A DNA stretch of 64,000 nt from Bugula neritina (Eukaryota > Animalia > Bryozoa), in the NCBI GenBank assembly GCA_964035545.1, contig OZ037771.1:13019133-13083132 (forward strand), in the 5' to 3' direction. Both the position numbers and the translations under genes were made by a program. The notes beneath the pieces are model-generated. The model worked only from the letters and a program-made list of their open reading frames with translations, searched no databases and had not been told where the DNA came from. Below are positions 13,401-25,661 of this stretch, in pieces. How positions within the stretch are numbered: position 1 is the stretch's first letter; every line of letters starts with the position of its first letter.

Positions 13401-13979
13401 TCATTCTGGTTCACCTTTCACCTTTGGCTTCAGTCCTTCACTTTGGGCCTGTAGTTGTTCATAAATTTACCAGTTGGTTTGTGGTGATGCTTATCATTAA
13501 GCATAGGTGATAGTCATACGTATTTGTCTATTTTACTTGCTTTATACTTGTATTTCAAGCTGTAGGAGAAATGGAATTATAGTTTATTAATTAATTGCTG
13601 TTGAGTAACACTAACAGAGTACAACTACAAGTATTGAATCAATTTCTTTTATTAAAATTATTATCAGAAAATTGACTCAAGTTTTGAATTACAGCTTTGT
13701 ATCGCTATAATTATATACATAATTATAATAATTTTTATGCTTAATTGCATTTTTATTTTACTTTTAGGCAGCCAATAGATTTTACTCCTGAAGACTGCAG
13801 CAGTCTGGGCACACAATTGCTGTATTACAAGCTGGAGTACTTGTGCTCGAAGCTTTAGCTATCTCCAATAATTGCTGAGCTATGAGTATATATCTTTGGT
13901 AGCCATGGACTAGTTTTGTTGCTGTTAGTTTGTCAAGCTAAGTAGTCCGCATCTACTAGTACAGGATAGTCATATAAGT

Positions 13980-16603
13980 ATGCTGAAGAGTTTCAAAGTG
14001 GTTTCAAATTTGTTCAGAGCTAGCCCGCGCTCTGCATGGCTAGCTGCTGGAGTGACTTCAATTACCGTGGCAGGTAGGTTAGTAAGTTAGGTAAGTTGAA
14101 ATTTATATAGAACTTGTAACTGAAAGCCAAAACCTTCAGTAGAATTATAGAATAGGTGTCTATACATGGCAAACATATTTAGTTACATATCATAGCTCAT
14201 TAGTGTCATTATTTTGCAAACATTTTATTTATAGCTCATTTCTAGTTCGATTTTCAAGGGGCAGACAATTCCAAAAAAGAATTATGTAAATTTGTTTTGA
14301 GTTTTCAGGGCAAAGTTCTTGCAACTAAAAAAAAAAGAATTTTTCACTAAAATAAAACATGTAGGTGAAGAAACATTAACTTTTTAATTTACAAGTAGGT
14401 TGAGTAAACATTTACAACCATTTGATTTTGTTTAAATTTCTGGTATCATTCAATTTATAGATTTTTGCCTTGAAAAAGTTTTCAGCATCATTGCATTAAT
14501 GTGGTAATTTAGTTATTTTGAATTTTATATTTCCTGTAACTTCAAATCCTTGTTTGTTAAGACAGAAGACAATTCCCAATATGTGTTGGTGATCATAGGA
14601 ACATTGGCTCAGCACTGTTAGTCTAAAAACCATCTGCTTCTTTTACTGCAATCTAGTTCTAGAGGTTGCTTTAAGGATATTGTTTTCAAGAACACAGGCT
14701 GTGTATAGCTAGACTAGAAGAAAATACACATTTGAGTTTTATTTATAGGATTATGTTCCTCAATGAAGCCAGCTAATAGGTTCACTGTGTCAGCTGCTCA
14801 ACCAATCAACTTGCTGGACTTAGATTCTCTCAGGGTTAGTTATTACCTCAACTCTTATTGGGTATATAGATAGATTTAAAGCAGACAGTTGCAGACTCCT
14901 GCCATTCTGTTTTATTCAGCTTTCTTGTTAGAAAATCATTAGGGGCAGCACTGGTGTGGTGGTCACTGAGTGCTTTGGTTTGGGTGTGTATACAAATACT
15001 GTACTCAGTCACCTCTAACTCGGTGCTGCTTCTAACGTAACTCTTTTTTGTTAGGATTGTGGAATACAACTGCTACAACTCACAGCACATTTTGATTATG
15101 CAATGTTATTTGTTTGGCAAATAAGGAGCTGCCTATTGCTGAAACAAGACATCAGTTGTAGTTTATTAGAGTTATCTTCTATTTTTAGAAAAAAGTGTCG
15201 GAAAACCAAGAGCTTACCTGGGGAAAAGTCTCAAATAGAGCTGCGTTGGAGTTGTCTAACTTCACCTGCAATTTTGTAGATGTGACTTTTAATAGATGGA
15301 TGGAGTGTGAAGACTTATATCACAAGGTTTCTGTGTCATTAGTTTCTATAGATGTGTGTAATTGTTCTCATTCATTAAAAGAAATACTCCAACGCAAGTT
15401 TATACTCGCTATCCCTGTGAGACCCCACCCCCTGATGAAAAGGGTTTTTGTTAATCGGGCTAAGAACTTATTCAGATGAGACACAGGAGCAATTATGACT
15501 GGATGCTCTTCCTAACATCACCAATGGCCTTAACTGGGGATCAAACCCATGACTTCGTGTTTATTAAACCCAATGCTCTAAAGTCTAACCCCCTAGACCA
15601 CAGCTGCTCCCTATTCATTAAATAAAATTGCTAATGGTAAAATAATTTCATGTTGATAAATTCAATACAGCTATAAACTTTTTGCTGGCTTCATTCATTG
15701 AGGTCTAGTGTCGAAATATCTTCAAAGCCTAAAATAATAAACCAAAATGTAATTTTTGGCCAAAGTCTTTGCATATATTTTACTCCCTGTCAATATGATC
15801 TCTTCAACCAATGTACTTGCAGTACCTGGAGATTCTTCTCGACATCATGGAAGAGTTCACCAAGGTCATAGGTACCCCTGCTGCCGATGATTTGTGGTCA
15901 TCGCTGATGTTTGTGAAGGGGTACTTGGCTGAGGTAAAGGAAGAGCGTCAGCACATCCAGCTGCTCTGGAACAACTGCCGGGATATTGCTTGCTCTGTCG
16001 GTCAGGCAGCCTACTCTACAGGTAGTTGGTACAAGTAGGAGTATATAGTTCTAGTGTAGGACACCCTCGGCATGTTTACGGTGTAGTGTTTTAAATGTTT
16101 GCAGCATGCAATAGAGTTGTTTGTTATTACTGCATGTATCAGATGATTGACAACTGTATGATGTCATGTTCTGTATATATATAAGATGTAGATTTACAAA
16201 TTATAGATCATTTTTAGCCCTCAACCAAGTGCAGTCTCCTCAGCATAAACGTAACACCTGCAGCTAACACAACATAAAATACGTCAGCATTATACAGTAT
16301 GCATTAGTACCAGTAGTCAAAGTATGTATAAAATAATGGGGTGCTCCTGTCACCCCTAAAGCCTTGACCACTGGCATTACTTGTAACCACTCTGTGCTTG
16401 AGTTGACGCATTTGATGGTCTAGTTTAACATTTCAGCTGCCGACTCGAGTGGTTACAGACTGGGACAGCTCATGGCCGCTGCCGAAGCAAATATTTCAAG
16501 GATGAGCTCAAAGACTCGATCTCTGGAGCTGAGGCTGTCTGAGGCGGAGGTTGAAGAGATTAGAAAAAGTTCTAAGCATCAGAAAGATGCGGAGAAAAAG
16601 TAA
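13980..16603 (+). CDS. DIABLO: Smac/DIABLO-like mitochondrial IAP antagonist, 227 aa
   Basis: Exons 13980-14073, 14749-14834, 15189-15326, 15823-16021, 16437-16603 (684 nt, phases consistent). Presequence MLKSFKVVSNLFRASPRS, hydrophobic AWLAAGVTSITVAGLC, then TVSA-AQPI. DDLWSSLMFVKG, VGQAAYSTAAD and LELRLSEAEVEEIRK match my recollection of vertebrate Smac DEVWQVIIGARA, AAEAAYQTGAD and AETKLAEAQIEELRQ. Confidence 0.85.
15386..15610 (-). mobile_element. tRNA-derived SINE, near full length, in an intron of the DIABLO-like gene
   Basis: Head, core and tail present; ATTCATTAAA occurs on both flanks (TSD-like). Confidence 0.88.
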
Positions 16604-16743
16604 AGCTTGTAAATATAGGCTTGATATAGGCAGGAGATTATGAGTAGGTGACTCCCAACTGAACAAGACCAACAAGTTTAGGAAAAGTTATCAATTTTCT
16701 TGTATCGAAAGACTACCATTGTCTGTGTTGATTATAACTAGCA

Positions 16744-16896
16744 GTTTGAATTACTGTAACGAATGGTTCTATAAGCAGCTCCGAGTTGGGGGTGAATGAG
16801 TGCAGTTAACCCCTAACTGTAAACTCGAGAACCCCAAATTACATTCGCCCGCAACTCCAGCTGCTTATAGAACCATTCCATTGTAACGATTCAAGC
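16744..16896. mobile_element. Short inverted-repeat element (MITE-like or hairpin) between convergent genes
   Basis: GAATGGTTCTATAAGCAGCT at 16761 is the reverse complement of AGCTGCTTATAGAACCATTC ending at 16878; imperfect pairing extends inward and outward. Confidence 0.7.
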
Positions 16897-17368
16897 CATG
16901 GCCTGTGTGCAATAATTATCTTATATTTTCTGTACATAAAATTTCAACAGTATCCACAATAAAAAAATCATAAATTCTCAATAATTTTTACTAAATGTTC
17001 ATAAAGTTTTTTAAATATAATTATATTGAATATTTTGGTGAAACTATACAAAAAGAACATAGCTTCTCATAGTGAAGTATTGAACGACGGTTAGAGTCGT
17101 GTAATCTTTATATAAACTTTGGTGGCAAATAGGATCAGTTATATACAATAAAAACGGTATTGAGTCAGCTCTACATAAAAATCTACAGCTTAGTGTACCT
17201 ACAATAGCTAGCTGTTTAGGAGTAAATCTTTGCATTGTCAGTGACTGTTAGTTCAAAACTAGTGACTGGTAGTTGACTACTAGTGACTGCTAGTCGACTA
17301 CTAACGACTGATGCAATGAAATCTGATTAAGTTGCTGACCGTCACATGACCAGAAGACGTCAGCTGAA

Positions 17369-19588
17369 TCATACGACCTTCACCTCTTTCTCGTGATGGT
17401 CCAGATCATATGAGTTATACTCGTATGACTCAATAGTCTGAGTTGATTCAATAGTGTGACTGAGAGGTAGCGCACAGTGTTTATGACTAAGAGAGTGGTA
17501 GTACCTACGGTACACAGTATACGCTATGACTATGCCTAACATAGACCCAACTAGCACATCTTGCCAGTGATGGTGATTATCACAGGTTCTGCTGATGGCG
17601 ATACAACTAGCTAGTAGCAGCGGTACTACACTAACACACAGCCTCCAACCTTCACCTTTGCTAGAGAATGTTGCCAACTTTCCGCTGATGTATAGAAAGC
17701 ACCACGTCATTCTAAAACAAAAAAATTAGAACAGTAAAGCTAAATATTGTATTTTAGTTCTGTCTAAATGTAAAAATCTTGCTTTTATATCAACAGGAAA
17801 GCACTACTAGCACTTACACGGAAAAACTCCAAGAGGAATGTCCGCTGGGAAAGCTTTTACGACCTTCTATGATGGTAGCATTGTCACCAGTACAATGGAG
17901 AGGTAAAGTCCAAGGGACCTCTTCTGCCCCCTCTAACTGCGCCTCGGGAAAACATCTAAAGATTTGTGGCAATAAATTTCGGTACAAACTAAAGTTACCT
18001 GGATAATTATACTGCACCATAGAGTATGCAACATGAGTATAAACATGTAGTATCAGTATAAACTGTATTATGAGTATACCCCAACTCTGCCATACTCTCC
18101 CAGTATACTATATTAGAACAATCTGCAGTCCAGTGCTTACCAACATCTAGTTACTTGCTTAAATAACACACCCCATCTCTGAGTGTAACTTGACACGAAA
18201 TGACTTGACGTAATAGAGACTTGAGTTCTTACAACATCCATGACTTGATTGCTCTAGATTTGGCATCTGATTTCGAAACACAGAAAAATATTACAAGGTT
18301 GACATATACAAAAACCTGAGAAAAGATAAAAAAAATTTTAATAGGCTTAATGGCTAATTGATGCATCTACTGCATTATTTGCATTATATGTTATATGTAT
18401 TGAAATAATGATAAGCATTTTCATCACCACTAAATTATTGTACAATACATTTTATTGTACAATACAAGCAGACGTAAGGAGGATGGACTCCTACCTGTAG
18501 TAGAAGTCGGGACGGGGTCTACCGGCACACAGTTTGAGCACGTTAGTCACAGCTCCCGTCAGCATAGTGGCGAGGCTGTAGGACAGAAATGCTGCGTAGA
18601 GATCATTTTTATCTTTCTTACTCAAAAACACGAAACCAAAGACTAGTGGTCCTGAAATACAACCAATTAGTAGAATTAGTACCGCAGTAAAAGTCTTACT
18701 CAGCCCACAGTTTGCTGGCAAACGGCAGCCATTGTGTACTTTGAGTTCCTATGCAGACTGAAACGAATCACTACTAAAAGATGAAGGAATTACAAAATCT
18801 TTCATTAAATATCAAAACTGAATTAGAGCGCATCTTCGACTTTAAAAAAATACTTTTACTAACATTAAGACTTTTGTAGACTAGCAAATGCTGAGAAGCA
18901 ATAATACAACAAGATGATTAAACTGAATGAGCTCTACAACACAGTGATCTCAACAGGACAGTGATTTCTACAGTACAGTGATCTCTACAGAAGATCAATC
19001 AAACTTGATGAAACAATTTGAAGCAGTCAATAGAAAAAATAGTAATACAGTATAAAATATTATCGGACATGAAGTTTATATAACACACGACTTATCAACA
19101 GTCCGCTACCCGAACAGAACAGAGCGGAGATAGGTGAGCACTTACCAACAGTGGAAACTTGTAGCCACAGGGCCCACCCCGGTACATAACTCTTCGTGGG
19201 TGGATATTTGTATAACCAGATCTCTTCGGGTCTAATCACTCTCATACAAGGGACAGCTTGTTCACCTACCCGTAACACAATACTAATATATGAATATTAT
19301 ATGGACAGTAAGTCATTAACAAATAGGACACAACACCATTAGAAATTAAACTCATTCTGGTGAATACTTGAAATAAAACATGTAAATTGAACACAATTAA
19401 ATAACTCTAGCCCATAGATTATATAGCCTCTGAAACTCACAATGGAGTTTACCCTCACCTTCACCAAGCAGGAAGACAATAAAAACAAGAACTCTAGCTA
19501 AGAGCTCTAGTATGTGTGTCACTATTTGGCGTCGAGCAGAACCTCTCGCTAGTAGCTTGTTTCCGGAGGCGTGCTCATGACGCCCCAT
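17369..19588 (-). CDS. PLPP5: Phospholipid phosphatase 4/5-like (PAP2 family, PPAPDC1 type)
   Basis: Exons 19459-19588, 19146-19265, 18495-18651, 17818-17955, 17369-17711. PAP2 motifs KLCAGRPRP, SFPSGHSS and SRTCDNHHHWQD; RVIRPEEIWLYKYP is typical of PLPP4/5, which cannot be told apart here. Confidence 0.92.
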
Positions 19589-22539
19589 TTCAAAATACCT
19601 ACAGAATCAACATTTTTCAGCATAAATATTTCAAAGTGGTACAAAATCTAAGTCATTTCATTTAATTAGTTTGTGTTGGCATTTAATTAAATTCAGCCAG
19701 CCATTTTTTCTACCAGTCAAATTGTCACAAGTTATCTGCCCCAATTGCCATGGGTAATGTTATGTGAATTTAGGAATGTGACAGATGCTCTTTCTCAGGG
19801 TGATTTTGATAACTCAAGTATTAATATGTAGTTATTCCAGTGCCAATTCAACAGTTGAATTCTGTGTAATCTAAATTATAGTTCAGAGTAGCTTAAATTG
19901 AGATCTATAACATGATCTCTAAGACATCAATTCTTCTCTTGTTTGTCTTAGTGTGTGCAGCAATTGGTAGCACTGTACAGAGTGAAAAAGATGAGGAGCT
20001 TCCAGTTGAAAAAAGAAGTAAGTTTGCCCAGACTAACTGGTGCAGATATTTTACTCGAACTTTAGCTTTAAAGCTATTTGTCGAATAAAGATGTAAGAGC
20101 AGATAGAAAATGGTTTTATCCGCAAGTTCAAAAAATAACTGCATGTAAAATTTTTGCCATTATATAATCAGTAATCTATATTTTTTTAGTTGTGGGAGCA
20201 ATATTTGGCCTGATAAAAGCTATCTTTAACGCACCAGACCCTCATGATGGATCACACAGTGATGTCAATGCTGCCCATTCAGGAGCTCAAAGCGCCATTT
20301 TGAAACATATAGACAACGGAAATCTTGACGTTCCAATTTTGGGATAATTTAAAACTATGGAAACAACTTTTTTTCTGTGACATTTAAAGTAATAAAGATT
20401 CCTTTATGAGCACTTTTAAAACTTGCATTATATGTAAGTTTTACAAAATATTGATTTTAAGTACATATAAAAATGCATATCTGTTTTAAGCTGACGTAAA
20501 ACGAGCACACCTTGACAAAAAACTTGGTAGAGTTTTGAAAAAACTTCCATTTTGTAAAAATTTCTCTTATCTACAAAGTTTTTTTTATGTTTCAACTCGT
20601 GAAAAAAATTTATCAAGTCAATAAAACATGTGTTGGACAGTTTGATTGAGTGCAATCATTAGCAACTTGCAATGTATTTTCTAGCTTCAATTCTTTTTCA
20701 GCCTCAATAGCCCTAATGAATTACAGTTCTTTATAGACCTATAACTAGTATAAATCCCTGAGAACACACAACTAAAAGCTATAAATAAACAACTTAGTGT
20801 CTGAGCATTTTAGTCCAAGCTAAAACTTTAGTTAGAACACATAACTAGACTTTGATGGGGCTTTTTATTTTTCAAAAACAAAATTAGTATTTGATTATAG
20901 TGCAAATTATATAAAATTAGCTGAAAAAGACCACCAATTATGCACTTTACCCAAAGTTGATTTTCAACTTATTCATCTCATGATATGTTACAAAAGTAGA
21001 CAAAAAACCCAATAAAAAATTGGGCCTAGTCAACCACCATTTGACTTAACATTTTAATCATTTTCAATTGAATTTTAATTAAACTTTATAAACACATTAA
21101 TAAATTAAAATAACTATAAAATTTATCAACAGTTTAAGTAATGCTAAATAAAATAGTAATAGTAATGCCATTACTATTGCTATAGAGGTATTATTATAAT
21201 GAGTATTTTATATGCTATGCTAATATATTATATACACAATCCATAGCATCTACCTCTTGCACAGTGTCAGTTAGAGTTCATTATTGTCTTGTATTGAATG
21301 GTTGCATGTATTCTATCTTTTGTATGTTAATACATTGTTATTTCCATGCATAGTATATCAATATTATAATAGCAACATTATATAGACATAGAGGCTATGT
21401 ATCACAATACATGATATAAACTTATTAGCTGAGGATGGTATAGTCAGTTTAATAGACATACATACTTCCACATTTGTTGACATATGAGCCTTTGTAAACC
21501 AGTTGAACATAGACTTCTAGCCTAAAGATTGTAGCATTTTACTTTTTAACTATACGATACTTAAACTTTCATTCATCTTGATCTTACCTTTATGACGAGT
21601 ATTAAAGCTCTAGCTATAATGTGTAATCAAGAAGAGAGGCTTATGAATTGACTTGGTGGTTTTGAAACTCAAAACTTTCTTATGCACTGGAGTAAATCCT
21701 GATGAGATATTACTGAGGAGAATCCTCTATAAATAACTCAACCGGTTAATACAATATCAACATAACTTATATAGCATGTACATACGTAGAGTATATTAAT
21801 ATACCGTACATATTGTTTTCATATACATGTAGTAAAAGTTATAGGCTAAAAGACTAAGAGTACGTATACGTATCACCATCACTGCAACAGTGTAAATGTA
21901 TTAGTAAGATCATTAATATCATCATCACTACATATTTAGTAGCATTTATTTTTATAATCATATTCATATTGATATTGTAATTAAAATTTAAATTAAGCTT
22001 AAGCTACGCCTAACTCAGTGTAAATTTTAAATAGTAAATATTAGATAAAATTGTTAATAATCATAACTACTATTAGTGTTAATATCAGTATTACTATTAG
22101 TATGACTAGCATTATAAGTATTACTATTACTATTAGTCTTAATGATTTAGTTAAACTTAATGTTATACTTACTTTAGGTTTATTTATATTTGTCATATTT
22201 ATAGCTATGCCTATAGTTATAAGTTTACTTTTAGCTTAAATTTTTCAGTTTTACTTTTACTTTTAGTAAATTTACACATACACTCGCATTGCTGTTAGTG
22301 TTACTAGCAGTAGCTATAAAACTGAAAATTTAGAAAACTAAATGACAAACTCAAAGTGAATCACTGAAAGTGAATGTGCAACTGCAAGTGTAACGTTTAC
22401 AATAAAATTAATTCTATTTGCAATAATCAAATCAATGACAATTATATTTATATAATGAAATTGAATAACACTGAACTGGTAAATTTAAAATTGTAATTAA
22501 AAATGTATATAATCATAATGATAATCATTATGTTTTATT

Positions 22540-22990
22540 TGTAATGGTGTGCAGTTTTCTGTAACAACACAGCAGCCGTCTCGACTGTTTTTGCATTAGT
22601 ACCTCGATGAGCTAGAATTATATATCGATACGTTACGGTTCCCAATCTTGTTTTACAATCTTGTAGATTGATGGCTTTCTAATTGATCAGCCACGATGAA
22701 AATTCACCTGTTCTAGTATAACTATTTCTCGTTAACGTCTTTTGAGTTTCAAGAGGACAACTCCATTTAGAAATTCTTTCTTGCTTGTAGAAGATTACAA
22801 TTGAGAGAAGATAACTTTCTTTGGCAATAAGAGTTCACCGACCTTTTGTACTGCCGATAACTAATTACAAAACAATTGATATTGTAGATTACACAAAAAG
22901 TTGAAGCTGTGATAGCATATAGTTTTTTAATTTACTCAGCATGAGCTTTTATGGCGGCGACACAAGCCGTTCCATAAATTTCATTAGATC
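22540..22990. promoter_or_regulatory. Putative promoter core, likely for the PLPP gene via non-coding 5' exons
   Basis: CpG-richer patch with TATCGATA (DRE-like, 22623-22630) and ATGGCGGC (YY1-like, ~22951), next to a periodic tract; minus-strand donor near 21586 suggests a 5' UTR exon. Confidence 0.4.
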
Positions 22991-23933
22991 CACCTTCAAC
23001 TTTAGTTTGATATATAATTTACCAGATCGAACAAACAATTGAGCTGATTTGATACAATTAAATACACTATTTTTAACTGCACACATGGCAGTTGTATCAC
23101 TCATATAATACATATTATATACCTTGTTGTTCATTTCTGGAAACAGGCTAATATAGTGGAGAGATGCAAAACAGCATATTTACTGCATATTAAATTATTA
23201 TAAAATGAGAAATGTTGCATAACCACTTATAAAATTATATATTTATAAGCAACTGTTGCCTTTTATAGGATTATATACCATTATAATTACATATATCGGT
23301 ACCTAATAGACAAGACTTGTTAGTTATTACTATATATATTGATTAGTAAAGATAATGTTTTCAGTTCACAGTTCTACCAATAACTATTGAACTAGTATAT
23401 TCCCATAGCTATGTCTTTGAAATCTCATGCTATAATAACATAAAGCAACAATGGAAAGCAAAAAATTTATTTTTATATAAAATTATTATAAAAAATAAAA
23501 CACGTTGCATATGACCACATAATTATATAGAAGTATAACATTCTTATTACCTCACTATCACTTTATAAAATATTTTTTATTGTCATTCATGCATTTGATA
23601 ATATTTCAACAAAGCTTTATCATAAAACATAATGTTATTTTCTACCTAAATAAATAGATAAATAAATAAAGAATATACACATTAAACCCTATATACATCA
23701 AGTTGGCACAATCAGAATTCAATTGTTTTACTATCAGCTGGGACACTAACCCTGGCTAACAGTTATTCTATCCATAGATAGTATAATATAATGTACAAAA
23801 CCCAAGGGCATGCAACTCCTATTTATATGCATAATGTTATTAAAATATCTAGTATAAATAAGAAGCAATTCACACCACCAATCATTGAAAAAGCTTATTA
23901 AATGAGTTTCAATTAAGCTGGAGTGTATTACAT

Positions 23934-23947
23934 GTTGTCATGGTAAC
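23934..23947. promoter_or_regulatory. RFX X-box-like palindrome downstream of the ANKUB1 stop
   Basis: GTTGTCATGGTAAC fits the X-box consensus GTNRYC-AT-RGYAAC. Confidence 0.4.
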
Positions 23948-24156
23948 TGTAACTCAATATTTAAACAAGTTAAAGTTCAAATTAATAAAAGATAGCATGC
24001 ATAAGTAGTTGCATAATATATCTGAATATAAAATGTATAAATATAAAAAATATGGTACAAAATCTATTCCTATTATTCAAAATAGACTTTACTTGCTCTG
24101 AAATTTTATCTCAATCTATAATGAAGTTATGTACATATTTTTATAGTCATCAGCTG

Positions 24157-25617
24157 TTATGATTTGAAACTTCCTGTGCTCACTCTCTTTTTTACCTCCT
24201 GAGATGTGAGATCCATCGCTAGACGAACTTGTTGGAGCCAAGGTTTTTCCTTGAAGTTACTGGCTATAGACAGGCATTTGATGGCATAGTCCCTGGACTT
24301 GAGTCCTCGGTGTTTCTCATACAGTGTGAGGGTGGATAGAGCAGGGTCGTTCTCCTGAATCAGAAATTGTCAAGAACTTCGCTAAGTATTTGATTATAAC
24401 ACGTCATGCATTGCTGCAGAATACACAGAGCAGGTTGTGTGAATAACAAGATTTTTTAATATAATTGTAGAACTAATTCAAATTCAGTCAATCTTTCAAC
24501 TGGTTTGAATTTACAAATGTATAATACAGAAGAGATGAGAAACTAGGCCTACAACTTTGCTTATAACATGTAATATAAAATGGAATTTGCCAGCATAATA
24601 TATAATATATAATTAATATATAGTTGACTTATAACATGAAGTTGATATGATAAACATATAATATACAAAGTAGATACAGTTACCTTGAACTTTGCTAACA
24701 TATAATGTATAATAAATATATATAATTAGTATATAATATATATACTATAGATCTAACTATCTTATAATATAAAGTGGATATAATTAACACAATATAATAT
24801 AATAAGGATATAATAAACATATAATATACAAAGTAGATTTGATTACCTTGGACTTGCAGTGTTGGAGATATGGTCTAGTGGTATTCTCAGAGTTTATAAG
24901 TGGCAGAGGAATAGAATATTCAACGGCTTTTATCTTGGCTTTCTTCATTGCAGATATCACCTGCATGCAGTTATATAATAATTCTGATAGTTGAATCACT
25001 GAATGAAGATGAACTGGGATAACATATGTAGTTTAGTGCAGACAGGGATGAGTTTTGTTAAATTTTATTATGAATTACTATTTTTTACATTTCCATACAG
25101 TACTTCAGGCGTCTGACATGCAGAGAATAGTATTTAAATTGAGTCAAAGTTGGCCTAATTCCCACACTAATGCATATGCATGTTTTTATGATATAGAATG
25201 AATACATTTTACACTATTTTAATACGAATAAAATAGCATGTTATTAGGTGGGGTATTCAGGATTGTTCTAGCAGGGCTCACTCCCTTATACTAAGTTAGT
25301 AAGGGTTCAACTCTAGTCATGCTTATCACCACAACTTATAACAGTATGTAGCTCAAACACCGTACCATTCTCTCCTTTTTCTCCTCTGTCTTAGATTTTG
25401 TTTTGGGCTTATTTTTGTCGGGTTCTTTATTCTCTTCCTTTTTGCCTGTCTCAATGTAGTGACCTTCATTTTCTTTGCCCTTTACCCCTAAAGCAGTATA
25501 CATTGCAAAATTCTAAATATTTAGGCTGTTTTATATAATATTTCTAAAGTTTTCTCAATTCTCAAATGATATATAATAACAAAAACTATGAAGCATAATA
25601 ATTAATGTGTACACACA

Positions 25618-25661
<44 letters not shown>

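Noticed and set aside
14749-14834. Idea that the neighbouring MIPEP matures the DIABLO-like protein to expose AQPI
   Set aside because: The site lacks the MIP R-10 / hydrophobic -8 / S,T,G -5 pattern. MIP is a matrix enzyme, whereas Smac is processed at the inner membrane by IMP or PARL.
19890-20700. Possible DNA transposon remnant upstream of the PLPP coding start
   Set aside because: No TIRs, TSD, second copy or transposase similarity could be demonstrated.
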